This document shows, one piece after another, positions 46,618 through 54,825 of a stretch of DNA of 61,822 nt. Made by a program: the position numbers and the translations under genes. Position 1 is the first letter of the stretch. The number at the start of each line of letters is the position of its first letter. Source of the stretch: Candidatus Shapirobacteria bacterium (GTDB lineage Bacteria > Patescibacteriota > Microgenomatia > PFEM01 > JAPLYW01); assembly GCA_026395335.1 (NCBI GenBank), contig JAPLYW010000015.1, forward strand, positions 1-61,822, in the 5' to 3' direction. The notes below the pieces were generated by a model. The model saw only the letters and a program-made list of their open reading frames with translations. It was not told the DNA's origin and did not search any database.

Positions 46618-48147
46618 ATGTTAGCAAAAGTTTTTTCTGGCGCCACTTTTGGTTTAGAAGCTGTTTTAATTGAAGTTGAAGTTGATGTTGCTTCTCAAGG
46701 CCTGCCTTGTTTCACTATTGTTGGTCTACCGGATAAAGCGGTAGAAGAGGCTAAGGAAAGAGTGCGGGCAGCTTTAAAAAATTCTGGGGCTGATTTTCCT
46801 CAACATCGAATTACTGTTAATTTAGCGCCGGCGGATTTGCCAAAAGTTGGTCCGGCTTATGATTTGCCAATTGCTTTAGGTTTATTAATCGCTTCCGGAC
46901 AATTGAAAACCGACATTGCTGATGTTTTGGTTTTAGGAGAACTTTCTTTGGATGGTTCATTACGTTTTACTAATGGTATTTTACCGATAACTTTACTGGC
47001 TAAAAAGGAAAAATTTAAACGATTATTTCTACCGGAAGTCAATGCTAAAGAAGCGGCCGTAGTTAGGGGTTTAAAAATTTTTCCAATTAATTCACTCTTA
47101 AGTTTATTTCATCATCTTAACGGTTTGGGAGAAATTAAACCACAGTTTTTAACGAAATATTCTTCTATAAAAGAAAATGTTGAAGCTGAGTTTGATATGT
47201 CAGAGATTAAGGGTCAAGAACAAGCAAAGAGGGCTTTGGAAATTGCTGCAGCTGGCGGTCACAACATTTTTCTTAAAGGTATACCGGGAGCAGGAAAAAC
47301 AATGTTGGCTCGGGCTTTACCGGGTATTTTACCTGATTTAAGTGAGGAAGAAGCTTTAGAAGTTACTAAAATTTATTCCATTACTGGTCATTTACCAACA
47401 GGAGAAGCTTTATTTAGACGACGACCATTTTGTAGTCCTCATCATACGGTTTCACGAGTCGGTTTAATTGGCGGTGGTTTTCATCTTTTACCAGGAGAAA
47501 TTTCTTTGGCTCATCGAGGCGTTTTATTTTTGGATGAATTTCCGGAGTTTCCACGTCATGTTTTAGAAGCTTTAAGACAACCTTTGGAAGATGGAGTGGT
47601 AACGATTTCTAGAGCTGCAGGTAGAGTTACTTATCCGGCCCGTTTTATTTTAGTGGCGGCAGCTAATCCTTGTCCTTGCGGATTTTTAGGTGACGAGAAA
47701 AGAGCCTGTCGTTGTTCTCCTGGACAAATTATTCATTATCAAAAACGTTTATCCGGTCCTTTGTTGGATAGAATTGATTTACATTTAGATGTACCTGCAG
47801 TAAGTATGGAAAAATTAACTGACGAAGAAATTAAATCAGAAAAGTCTAAAGAAATTAAAAAAAGAGTTCAAATTGCCCGTAACTATCAACAAAAAAGATT
47901 TCGAGGAATAAAATTAACTTGCAATAGTGAAATGTCACCTAGGGAAATTAAAGTTTTTTGTCCATTAAGCCCGGATTGTTTGAATTTAATGCGTCAAGCT
48001 GTTTCACAAATGAATTTATCAGCCCGAAGTTTTTATCGTATCATTAAAATTGGGCGTACTATTGCTGATTTGGAAAATGAAAAAGAAATTAAATTAGTGC
48101 ATTTAGCAGAAGCTCTTCAATATCGTCCGAAGTTAGAATCTTTCTAA
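46618..48147 (+). CDS. comM: Mg-chelatase-like ATPase YifB/ComM
   Basis: 509 aa with an N-terminal Lon-like domain, GIPGAGKTMLA, GVLFLDEFPEF, AAANPCPCG. Confidence 0.92.
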   Translation: MLAKVFSGATFGLEAVLIEVEVDVASQGLPCFTIVGLPDKAVEEAKERVRAALKNSGADFPQHRITVNLAPADLPKVGPAYDLPIALGLLIASGQLKTDIADVLVLGELSLDGSLRFTNGILPITLLAKKEKFKRLFLPEVNAKEAAVVRGLKIFPINSLLSLFHHLNGLGEIKPQFLTKYSSIKENVEAEFDMSEIKGQEQAKRALEIAAAGGHNIFLKGIPGAGKTMLARALPGILPDLSEEEALEVTKIYSITGHLPTGEALFRRRPFCSPHHTVSRVGLIGGGFHLLPGEISLAHRGVLFLDEFPEFPRHVLEALRQPLEDGVVTISRAAGRVTYPARFILVAAANPCPCGFLGDEKRACRCSPGQIIHYQKRLSGPLLDRIDLHLDVPAVSMEKLTDEEIKSEKSKEIKKRVQIARNYQQKRFRGIKLTCNSEMSPREIKVFCPLSPDCLNLMRQAVSQMNLSARSFYRIIKIGRTIADLENEKEIKLVHLAEALQYRPKLESF

Positions 48148-48155
48148 TTAACAAG

Positions 48156-48187
48156 CAAAAACCGTTCTTCAAAGAAGAAGGTTTTTG
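48156..48187. terminator. Bidirectional hairpin terminator between convergent comM and the DUF5679 gene
   Basis: CAAAAACCGTTCTTC-AAA-GAAGAAGGTTTTTG, with A/T runs built into the stem ends. Confidence 0.6.
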
Positions 48188-48211
48188 CCGGATTTAAAAT
48201 CCTAAAAACTT

Positions 48212-48349
48212 TTAACCAATACGGAACATTTTTGTACCGCAAGTTTCACAAGTCGCTTTTCGAGCTGGCTTGCCGTTTTTTAAAGTTACATTTTCAACGT
48301 CTTTCCCGTTTCTTTTAGTACGGCATTTAACACAATAAAAATCTGGCAT
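48212..48349 (-). CDS. DUF5679-type zinc-ribbon small protein (not in the ORF track)
   Basis: Hand translation gives MPDFYCVKCRTKRNGKDVENVTLKNGKPARKATCETCGTKMFRIG. A strong GGAGGTG Shine-Dalgarno lies 7 nt upstream. Confidence 0.8.
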   Translation of the reverse strand: MPDFYCVKCRTKRNGKDVENVTLKNGKPARKATCETCGTKMFRIG

Positions 48350-48384
48350 TTAATTTTCACCTCCTCTCTTTTTTAGATAGAGAA

Positions 48385-48675
48385 CTATCTTAGCTTCAAG
48401 TATAGCACAACTTCAAGGCTGGTAATAAAAAAGGTAATGAAGAGTGTTTTAAATAGATCTTTTTTGATTAGCTTCAAATCAGTTAAATTAGCCGAAATAT
48501 CGGAAATTTTTGTTGTTTTTTCCGGTTGAAATTTAATTTGAGGTTCCAAAAAAACTTCCTCTTGACTTGCTTCAGATTCAATGGTTTTAAGAGACGGTAA
48601 TAAAGGTTTTTCCTTTAATTCTCTTTTAAGTTGAAGTATAATTTTTTTTTGACGAGTTTTTCTTTTTTTACTCAT
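48385..48675 (-). CDS. Hypothetical protein, basic N-terminus and C-terminal TM helix
   Basis: 96 aa: MSKKRKTRQKK... with TM LFKTLFITFFITSLEVVLYL. Confidence 0.5.
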   Translation of the reverse strand: MSKKRKTRQKKIILQLKRELKEKPLLPSLKTIESEASQEEVFLEPQIKFQPEKTTKISDISANLTDLKLIKKDLFKTLFITFFITSLEVVLYLKLR

Positions 48676-48684
48676 TTTCTATGA

Positions 48685-48713
48685 TTGACAATAGCATGAA
48701 AGGCTTTTAAAAT
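48685..48713 (+). promoter_or_regulatory. Consensus promoter 6 nt before the 48720 ATG (leaderless architecture)
   Basis: TTGACA, 17 nt, TAAAAT, CAATGT, ATG. Confidence 0.6.
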
Positions 48714-48719
48714 CAATGT

Positions 48720-49190
48720 ATGGCCAATTTGGGGCAATTAGATTTGGTAATTGTGGGTGTCATTTTTTTTTGGCTAGTATTTTTGTCAGTTATTTTTTAT
48801 AATCTTTATAATCACTATCAAAAGTTAACTAAAGGGATTAATAAAAAAAATTTAAAGACAGTTTTAGACGAAATTTTAGAGAATCTTAATAAAGAAACGC
48901 TTAGAATTGAAGATTTAACCGGAGAGTTGCAAAAAATTCAAAAGGAAAATCTTTATAATATTCAAAAATTGGGTTTAGTTCGTTTTAATCCTTTTGCTGA
49001 AACAGGAGGGAACCAAAGTTTTTCTTTAGCAATTTTGGATGGTGAGGATAGCGGTTTAGTTTTAACCAGTTTACATAGTCGGGAAATAACTAGAATTTAT
49101 TCAAAAACAGTTAAAAAAGGGAAAGCTGATAATTATGAATTATCAGCCGAAGAAAAACAAGCGCTTAAAAACGCTAAAAAAATTAAGTAA
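48720..49190 (+). CDS. DUF4446 family protein
   Basis: N-terminal TM; VRFNPFAETGGNQSFSLAILDGEDSGLVLTSLHSREITRIYSK. Confidence 0.7.
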   Translation: MANLGQLDLVIVGVIFFWLVFLSVIFYNLYNHYQKLTKGINKKNLKTVLDEILENLNKETLRIEDLTGELQKIQKENLYNIQKLGLVRFNPFAETGGNQSFSLAILDGEDSGLVLTSLHSREITRIYSKTVKKGKADNYELSAEEKQALKNAKKIK

Positions 49191-49201
49191 TTATTATATT
49201 T

Positions 49202-50359
49202 ATGAAGAGAAAAATATTTTTAATCAGCGGCGGTTTAATTCTTTATTTAGTATCAGCGGGAATTGCTTATGGAACTTTTCATTATCTTAGTAGCAATGAT
49301 AATTTAATTTCCCCTGTAAAAAATTCTGGAAGTGGTCAATCCAAGATTGATCTTAGCGCACCTAAGACTGAGCAATGTCCGTTAAATGGTGCTTTATATA
49401 CTAAAGCAGAAGAACAAATTTGGGGGAAAAGACGACCTTTAAATGTGATGATTGAAAATCATATAGATTCTCGGCCTCAATCCGGACTTTCTAAGGCGGA
49501 TGTAGTTTATGAAGCTATCGCTGAAGGCGGCATTACCCGTTTTATGGCTGTTTTTTATTGTGGAGCTTCAGCTGAGGAAGTTACTATTGGTCCGGTTCGT
49601 TCTGCCCGTACTTATTTTATGGATTTTGTTTCAGAATATGGTGATTATCCTTTATATGTTCATGTTGGTGGAGCTAATCTTTCCGGTCCGGCTAATGCTT
49701 TAGGCCAAATTGGTGATTATGGTTGGTTAACTAAAGGGAATGATATGAATCAATTCTCTTTAGGTTTTCCGGTTTTTTGGCGTGATTATGAAAGAGTTGG
49801 GCATGAGGTAGCAACTGAACACACAATGTATTCAACTACTGAAAAACTTTGGGAAGTGGCCGCTAAAAGAGGTTTAAGCAATGTTGATGAAGAAGGTAAT
49901 AAATGGGATGAAAATTTTTCAGAATGGAAATTTAAAGATGATGAAAAACTGGAAAATCGTGGTGATAAAACTAGTATTGAATTCTCTTTTTGGAAAAATA
50001 ATGATGATTATACTGTTCGTTGGGAATATAACAAGGATTCCAATCAATACTTACGTTTTAATGCTAATCAGGTTCATAAAGATTTAGATACTGATTCACA
50101 GATTCAGGCAAAAACAATCATTATTCAATATATGAAAGAAAAAGGACCAATTGATGCAGTTAAACATATGCTTTATACCACTATAGGTACCGGTAAAGCG
50201 CTTATTTTCCAAGACGGTAAGGCTACAGAAGCAAATTGGACTAAAGAAAAAAGACAATCAAGAACTAAATTCACCGACAAAAACGGTAAAGAAATTTCTC
50301 TAAATCGCGGCCCAATTTGGATTGAAATTGTTCCTGTTGGTGGTGAAGTTAAATATTAA
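49202..50359 (+). CDS. DUF3048 (YerB-like) secreted/lipoprotein
   Basis: N-terminal TM/signal; PLNVMIENHIDSRPQSGLSKADVVYEAIAEGGITRFMAVF. Confidence 0.7.
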   Translation: MKRKIFLISGGLILYLVSAGIAYGTFHYLSSNDNLISPVKNSGSGQSKIDLSAPKTEQCPLNGALYTKAEEQIWGKRRPLNVMIENHIDSRPQSGLSKADVVYEAIAEGGITRFMAVFYCGASAEEVTIGPVRSARTYFMDFVSEYGDYPLYVHVGGANLSGPANALGQIGDYGWLTKGNDMNQFSLGFPVFWRDYERVGHEVATEHTMYSTTEKLWEVAAKRGLSNVDEEGNKWDENFSEWKFKDDEKLENRGDKTSIEFSFWKNNDDYTVRWEYNKDSNQYLRFNANQVHKDLDTDSQIQAKTIIIQYMKEKGPIDAVKHMLYTTIGTGKALIFQDGKATEANWTKEKRQSRTKFTDKNGKEISLNRGPIWIEIVPVGGEVKY

Positions 50360-50366
50360 AAAAACT

Positions 50367-50942
50367 ATGCTCCAAGATTTAATGGTTTCCAAAGTTCGGG
50401 CGAAACTTCTTCAGACATTTTTTGCACAGCCTAAAGAAATGTTCTATATTCGTCAGTTAGTGCGTTTAAATAACGAAGAGATTAATGCTATTCGTCAGGA
50501 ATTAAAACGGATGGAAAGATTGGATATGGTTAAAAAAGAAAACCGGGGGAATAGAATTTATTATTGGTTTAACAAAGAATACCCATTGTATCAAGAAATT
50601 CTTTCTATGGTTTGTAAGACTATTGGTTTGGGAGGAGAGATATTAAAGAAAAAAAATAAATTAGGCAATATTAAATATGCTTTAATTTCTGGTCGTTTGG
50701 CAAAGAGTTTAAGTCCAAGACCTGGAGGAGTAGACTTATTAATAGTTGGGGAAATTAATTTACCAAGTTTAGCAGTTATTATTCGGGAAGAAGAAAGTAA
50801 ACTAAAAAGGGAAATTAATTATAGTGTTATGACAAAAGAAGAATTTGATTTTCGTAAGAAAAGGAGAGACCCTTTTTTATTGGGCATTTTAGCTGATTCT
50901 AAAATTATGTTAATTGGAGAAGAAGAAAACTTGTTTGTTTAG
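50367..50942 (+). CDS. Winged-helix transcriptional regulator with a C-terminal nucleotidyltransferase-like remnant, tentative
   Basis: SKVRAKLLQTFF...YIRQLVRLNNEEINAIRQELKRMERLDMV (wHTH); GGVDLLIVGE. The ATG at 50367 is preferred over the ORF-track start at 50322, which overlaps the upstream gene. Confidence 0.45.
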   Translation: MLQDLMVSKVRAKLLQTFFAQPKEMFYIRQLVRLNNEEINAIRQELKRMERLDMVKKENRGNRIYYWFNKEYPLYQEILSMVCKTIGLGGEILKKKNKLGNIKYALISGRLAKSLSPRPGGVDLLIVGEINLPSLAVIIREEESKLKREINYSVMTKEEFDFRKKRRDPFLLGILADSKIMLIGEEENLFV

Positions 50943-50944
50943 GT

Positions 50945-51142
50945 ATGGCAAAACAAAAAATTATTAAAACCGGTCACAGTTTGGCCGTGACCGTTCCTTT
51001 TGAATTTGCTAAGTCTTTGGGAATAAAAGCCGGTCAAGAAGTTGAAGTAAAGATTGAACCGGAAACCGGTCGGGTTATCTACACTTTTTCCGGCAACAAA
51101 CAATTATCTCTTTCTGGAAATTTCATAAAAAAGGTAAAATAA
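50945..51142 (+). CDS. AbrB/MazE/SpoVT-type DNA-binding protein
   Basis: KTGHSLAVTVPFEFAKSLGIKAGQEVEV swapped-hairpin motif; 65 aa. Confidence 0.65.
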   Translation: MAKQKIIKTGHSLAVTVPFEFAKSLGIKAGQEVEVKIEPETGRVIYTFSGNKQLSLSGNFIKKVK

Positions 51143-51149
51143 ATCAAAG

Positions 51150-52520
51150 ATGAAATCACGTCGTTTTTTAATTTGGTTAATAATTATTTTAATTGTAGGT
51201 TCAATTTATGTTGATTTACCGACTAAAATCCATTTAAAATTTGATTGGTCTTTTAATCAGAAAAATTTAAGTTGGTTAAAAATAGATAAAGAAATCCAAC
51301 GTTCTCCAATTGATTTACAATTGGGGAGTAAAAATTTTCATAATGATTTAGAAATTAAAAAAGGTATTGATTTGGCTGGCGGAGCTCATCTGGTTTTTCA
51401 GGCCGATATGAAAGATGTTCCTGAAAGTAATCGTAATGAAGCAATTGAAGCAGCTAAAAATAATATTGAGAAAAGAATAAATCTTTTTGGTATTTCTGAA
51501 CCGGTTATCCAAACTTCTAAAATTAGTGAAGACTATCGTTTGATTGTTGAGTTGGCAGGTATCAAAGATATTAATCAAGCTATTGATTTAATTGGTCAAA
51601 CTGCCCAACTCGATTTTAGAGAATTATCCAAAGAATCAACTCAAGCTGCTATTCTTACGGATTTTAAAACAACCGGTTTGACTGGTAAAGATTTATCTAA
51701 ATCAGAAGTTAAATTTGATCCTAATAGCGGCCAGCCAAGAGTGAGTTTGGAGTTTTCTTCCCAAGGAGCTCAAAAATTTGCTGAAGTTACCGGTCGGAAT
51801 GTTGGCAAACCGGTAGCAATTTTTTTGGATGAAAATCCTATTGAAATACCTACTGTTAATGAGAAAATTAATGATGGTAAAGCTGTTATCGAAGGGAACT
51901 TTACGACAGATACAGCTAAAAATTTAGTAAAACTACTTCATGCCGGATCTCTACCGGTCCCTATTAAAATAATTGAACAGAGGAATGTTGGGGCAACATT
52001 AGGAGCAGAATCAGTTCAGCGAAGTCTTCAAGCCGGTTTGATTGGGTTAGGAATGGTAATTCTTTTTATGGCTATTTATTATGGATTTTTGGGAATTTTA
52101 GCTGATATTGCTTTGATTATTTACGGTTTGTTGACATTAGCTTTATATAAATTAATACCGGTTACTTTAACCCTACCGGGAATTGCCGGATTTATTCTTT
52201 CCATTGGCATGGCGGTTGATGCTAATATCCTGATTTTTGAGAGGATGAAAGAAGAAATAAGGGCCGGTAAAAGTAGAGCAGTCGCTATGGAATTAGGTTT
52301 CGGTCGGGCTTGGGATTCTATTCGCGATGCCAATGTTTGTACTATTATTACTTGTTTTATTCTTTTTAATCCCTTTAACTGGTCATTCTTGAATTCTTCA
52401 GGAATGGTTAGAGGTTTTGCTCTAACTTTGTTTTTAGGAGTAGTTTTAAGTTTGTTCACTGGAATTGTGGTAACGAGAACCTTAATAAGGACTTTTTACC
52501 GAAAGGAAAAAATTAAATGA
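51150..52520 (+). CDS. secD: Protein translocase subunit SecD
   Basis: GIDLAGGAHLVFQ, GEPVIQ-like ISEPVIQTS, VGATLGAES, C-terminal 6-TM domain. Confidence 0.94.
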   Translation: MKSRRFLIWLIIILIVGSIYVDLPTKIHLKFDWSFNQKNLSWLKIDKEIQRSPIDLQLGSKNFHNDLEIKKGIDLAGGAHLVFQADMKDVPESNRNEAIEAAKNNIEKRINLFGISEPVIQTSKISEDYRLIVELAGIKDINQAIDLIGQTAQLDFRELSKESTQAAILTDFKTTGLTGKDLSKSEVKFDPNSGQPRVSLEFSSQGAQKFAEVTGRNVGKPVAIFLDENPIEIPTVNEKINDGKAVIEGNFTTDTAKNLVKLLHAGSLPVPIKIIEQRNVGATLGAESVQRSLQAGLIGLGMVILFMAIYYGFLGILADIALIIYGLLTLALYKLIPVTLTLPGIAGFILSIGMAVDANILIFERMKEEIRAGKSRAVAMELGFGRAWDSIRDANVCTIITCFILFNPFNWSFLNSSGMVRGFALTLFLGVVLSLFTGIVVTRTLIRTFYRKEKIK

Positions 52521-52633
52521 TAAAGTGGATGAAATATAAATGGTTCTATTTCGAGTCTTCGAGAAACAAAACCATTTATTTCGATTTTTCTAAAAACAAG
52601 TTTCTTATTTTAAAAGGATATAAAAATGATTAA
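52517..52633 (+). other. Relic secF start fused to inserted repeat: a 38-codon bridging ORF from the secD ATGA overlap to a TAA overlapping the present secF ATG
   Basis: MIKWMKYKWFYF... duplicates the secF N-terminus MINWMKFKWFYF. The frame stays open through the 74-nt insert and ends in aATGATTAA. Confidence 0.6.
52552..52625 (+). repeat. Junction-repeat insert between the duplicated secF starts
   Basis: The reverse complement of 52549-52572 is TTGTTTCTCGAAGACTCGAAATAG, 21/24 identical to the rplM copy. A forward TCGATTTTTCTAAAAACAAGTTTCTT module follows. Confidence 0.7.
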
Positions 52634-53504
52634 CTGGATGAAATTTAAATGGTTTTATTTTTTAATCTCCGCTTTGGTGATTATTCCTGGTATGGTTTCT
52701 TTATTTATGTTTGGTTTAAAACCAGGTATTGATTTTACCGGTGGTAGTTTGCTGGAATATAAATTTTCCTCGCCAGTAAATATTGAAGATTTGCAAAAAT
52801 CTTTAACGGAAAAAGATTTTCAGGTTTATTCAATTCAGGAATCAGGTAATAATACTTATCTTTTACGGATGCCAAGTTTGGAAAAGGGGAAAGCTGCGGA
52901 AGTTAAAAATATTTTATCAGCAAAATTTAATCAAGTACCTGAAGAAATCCGTTTTGAAGTGGTTGGTCCGACTTTAGGCAAAGAACTTTTGACTAAAACA
53001 ATTGTGGCGATAATTTTGGCAGCCGCTTTTATTCTAGGTTATGTTGGCTGGCGTTTTAAAAATAATAAATTCGGTATTTGTGCAATTTTGGCCATGTTTC
53101 ATGATAGTCTTGTTATGTTGGGATCTTTTTCCTTATTAGGTTATTTTTTGGGAGTGGAAGTTGATACTCTATTCGTTACTGCGCTTTTAACAACTCTTTC
53201 TTTCTCTGTCCATGATACCGTCGTGGTTTATGATCGGATAAGGGAATCACAAAAATTATTTCCCAAAGTTGATTTTGAATCGTTAGTTAATAAAGCGATT
53301 ACGGAAACACTGTCGCGGTCTTTAAATAATTCTTTGACGATTATTTTTATGCTGATTGCTTTACTTTTGTTGGGCGGGGTGACAGTGAAATGGTTTGTGG
53401 CAGCTTTGCTGATTGGCACGGTTTCCGGAACTTATTCTTCAACTTTTACCGCTGCCCCGCTTTTGGTTCTTTGGGAAAATTTAGCCCAAAGAAAAAAGCA
53501 TTAA
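52626..53504 (+). CDS. secF: Protein translocase subunit SecF
   Basis: GIDFTGGSLLEY, FHDSLVMLG, SVHDTVVVYDRIRE. AAAGGA Shine-Dalgarno 7 nt upstream. Confidence 0.94.
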   Translation: MINWMKFKWFYFLISALVIIPGMVSLFMFGLKPGIDFTGGSLLEYKFSSPVNIEDLQKSLTEKDFQVYSIQESGNNTYLLRMPSLEKGKAAEVKNILSAKFNQVPEEIRFEVVGPTLGKELLTKTIVAIILAAAFILGYVGWRFKNNKFGICAILAMFHDSLVMLGSFSLLGYFLGVEVDTLFVTALLTTLSFSVHDTVVVYDRIRESQKLFPKVDFESLVNKAITETLSRSLNNSLTIIFMLIALLLLGGVTVKWFVAALLIGTVSGTYSSTFTAAPLLVLWENLAQRKKH

Positions 53505-53508
53505 AAAT

Positions 53509-53537
53509 TTGACTTTTTAATTAATTATCTTTATCAT
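53509..53537 (+). promoter_or_regulatory. Consensus-like promoter 4-7 nt before the ATGATG start
   Basis: TTGACT, 17 nt, TATCAT, TAAA, ATGATG. Confidence 0.5.
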
Positions 53538-53541
53538 TAAA

Positions 53542-54741
53542 ATGATGAAAAAAATAGCCATCTTTTTATCTTTTTTCCTAGGCCTTTCTTTCTTTTTTGT
53601 TCCCCAAACATTAGCAGCTGATAAACAGGCAACTGACTCTTCGAACACAAAAATTGTTGAGGTTAAAAAAGGTGAAGTTATTAATCATGATTTTTTTGCG
53701 GCTGGTTCTGATGTCAATATTAGTGGTTTAGTTAATGGTGATGTTTTTGCCGCTGGTGGCAATATTAATGTTGATGGCAAAATCAACGGAGACTTGATTG
53801 CCGGTTCCGGTAATATTGTGGTTAACGGTGAAGTTGTCGGTAATATGCGGGTTGGCGGAGGGACAGTCACTATTAATGGTTTGGTCGGTCGAAATGTAAC
53901 GGTTGGAGGTAGTAATGTTTTTATTGATGAAAAAGCCCAAATAAAAGGTAGTTTGCTTGGTTTTAGTAGTAATATTAAAGTTAATGGCTTAGTTGGAAAA
54001 GATGTCCGGATTTATGCCAACCAAGCCAATATCAATTCGACGGTTGGTGGCAATGTTCAGGGCTCAATGGCCAGTTTGATTCTAGATGCTAAAGCTAAAA
54101 TTTTAGGTGATTTGGATTATCAAGCTAAAACTGAAGCTCAAATAGTTCAAGGAGCCGTGGTTATGGGTAAGACCGTTTATCAGCCATTAGCTAATAATAG
54201 TAATAATTGGGCTAATTGGAAACCAGCTAAGATGATACCGGTTTTCTTTGGTCTTTATGGTTTAGGTCTTTATTTTGCTTTTGTTTCCATTTTAATGGCC
54301 TTAGTTTTTGGTTTGATTTTCCTTTACTTTTTCTCCAAGAGAATGGAAAACATGGCGGTTATTATCCGTACCAGATTTTGGGCTTGTTTGGGCTGGGGAT
54401 TGTTGATGCCGATTATCTTTCTTTTTATCATTATCTTTTTAGCTATTAGTTTAGTTGGCATCCCTTTTATCTTTATTGTTTTGCCTCTTTTTGGTGTTTT
54501 GATTTATTTTGCCAAAATTTTTACGGCTTTTGCTTTAGGCCGAAGAATTTTAGGAGAAAAGAAAGCCTGGGGTTGGGTTTTAGCTCTTGGCCTTTTAATC
54601 TATTTTGCCTTAGGTCTTATTTGGGGAATAAATGGCATTGCCGGTTGTGTTTTTACCACAGTTGGTTTGGGAGCTTTCTTTCTTGATCAGAAATCCCGTC
54701 GTCAACCCGCTAAAGTTATTGTAAATACCTCAAAAAAATAA
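53542..54741 (+). CDS. Bactofilin-like (polymer-forming beta-helix repeat) protein with N-terminal signal peptide and C-terminal polytopic membrane domain
   Basis: Signal peptide ending FFVPQTLA/AD; repeats of the type GDVFAAGGNINVDGKINGDLIAGSGNIVVNGEVVGN; 5-6 TM helices after residue ~230. Confidence 0.55.
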   Translation: MMKKIAIFLSFFLGLSFFFVPQTLAADKQATDSSNTKIVEVKKGEVINHDFFAAGSDVNISGLVNGDVFAAGGNINVDGKINGDLIAGSGNIVVNGEVVGNMRVGGGTVTINGLVGRNVTVGGSNVFIDEKAQIKGSLLGFSSNIKVNGLVGKDVRIYANQANINSTVGGNVQGSMASLILDAKAKILGDLDYQAKTEAQIVQGAVVMGKTVYQPLANNSNNWANWKPAKMIPVFFGLYGLGLYFAFVSILMALVFGLIFLYFFSKRMENMAVIIRTRFWACLGWGLLMPIIFLFIIIFLAISLVGIPFIFIVLPLFGVLIYFAKIFTAFALGRRILGEKKAWGWVLALGLLIYFALGLIWGINGIAGCVFTTVGLGAFFLDQKSRRQPAKVIVNTSKK

Positions 54742-54770
54742 GATCATATAATCCTCATAAATTTTATTTA

Positions 54771-54825
54771 TTTCGATCCGCCAACTGGCGGAGAGAAACA
54801 AGGTTCTGCCGAAGGCAGATTCTTA
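54771..54825 (-). repeat. Junction repeat, double-hairpin type, minus strand (its TAA is the cca stop codon)
   Basis: Minus strand reads TAAGAATC-TGCC-TTC-GGCA-GAACCTTGTTTCTC-TCCGCC-AGTT-GGCGGA-TCGAAA. Confidence 0.8.

Noticed and set aside
50945-51142. AbrB/MazE-like gene as part of a classical toxin-antitoxin module.
   Set aside because: No PIN, MazF or Doc-like partner lies adjacent, and the downstream gene is secD. It is reported only as a low-interest orphan.
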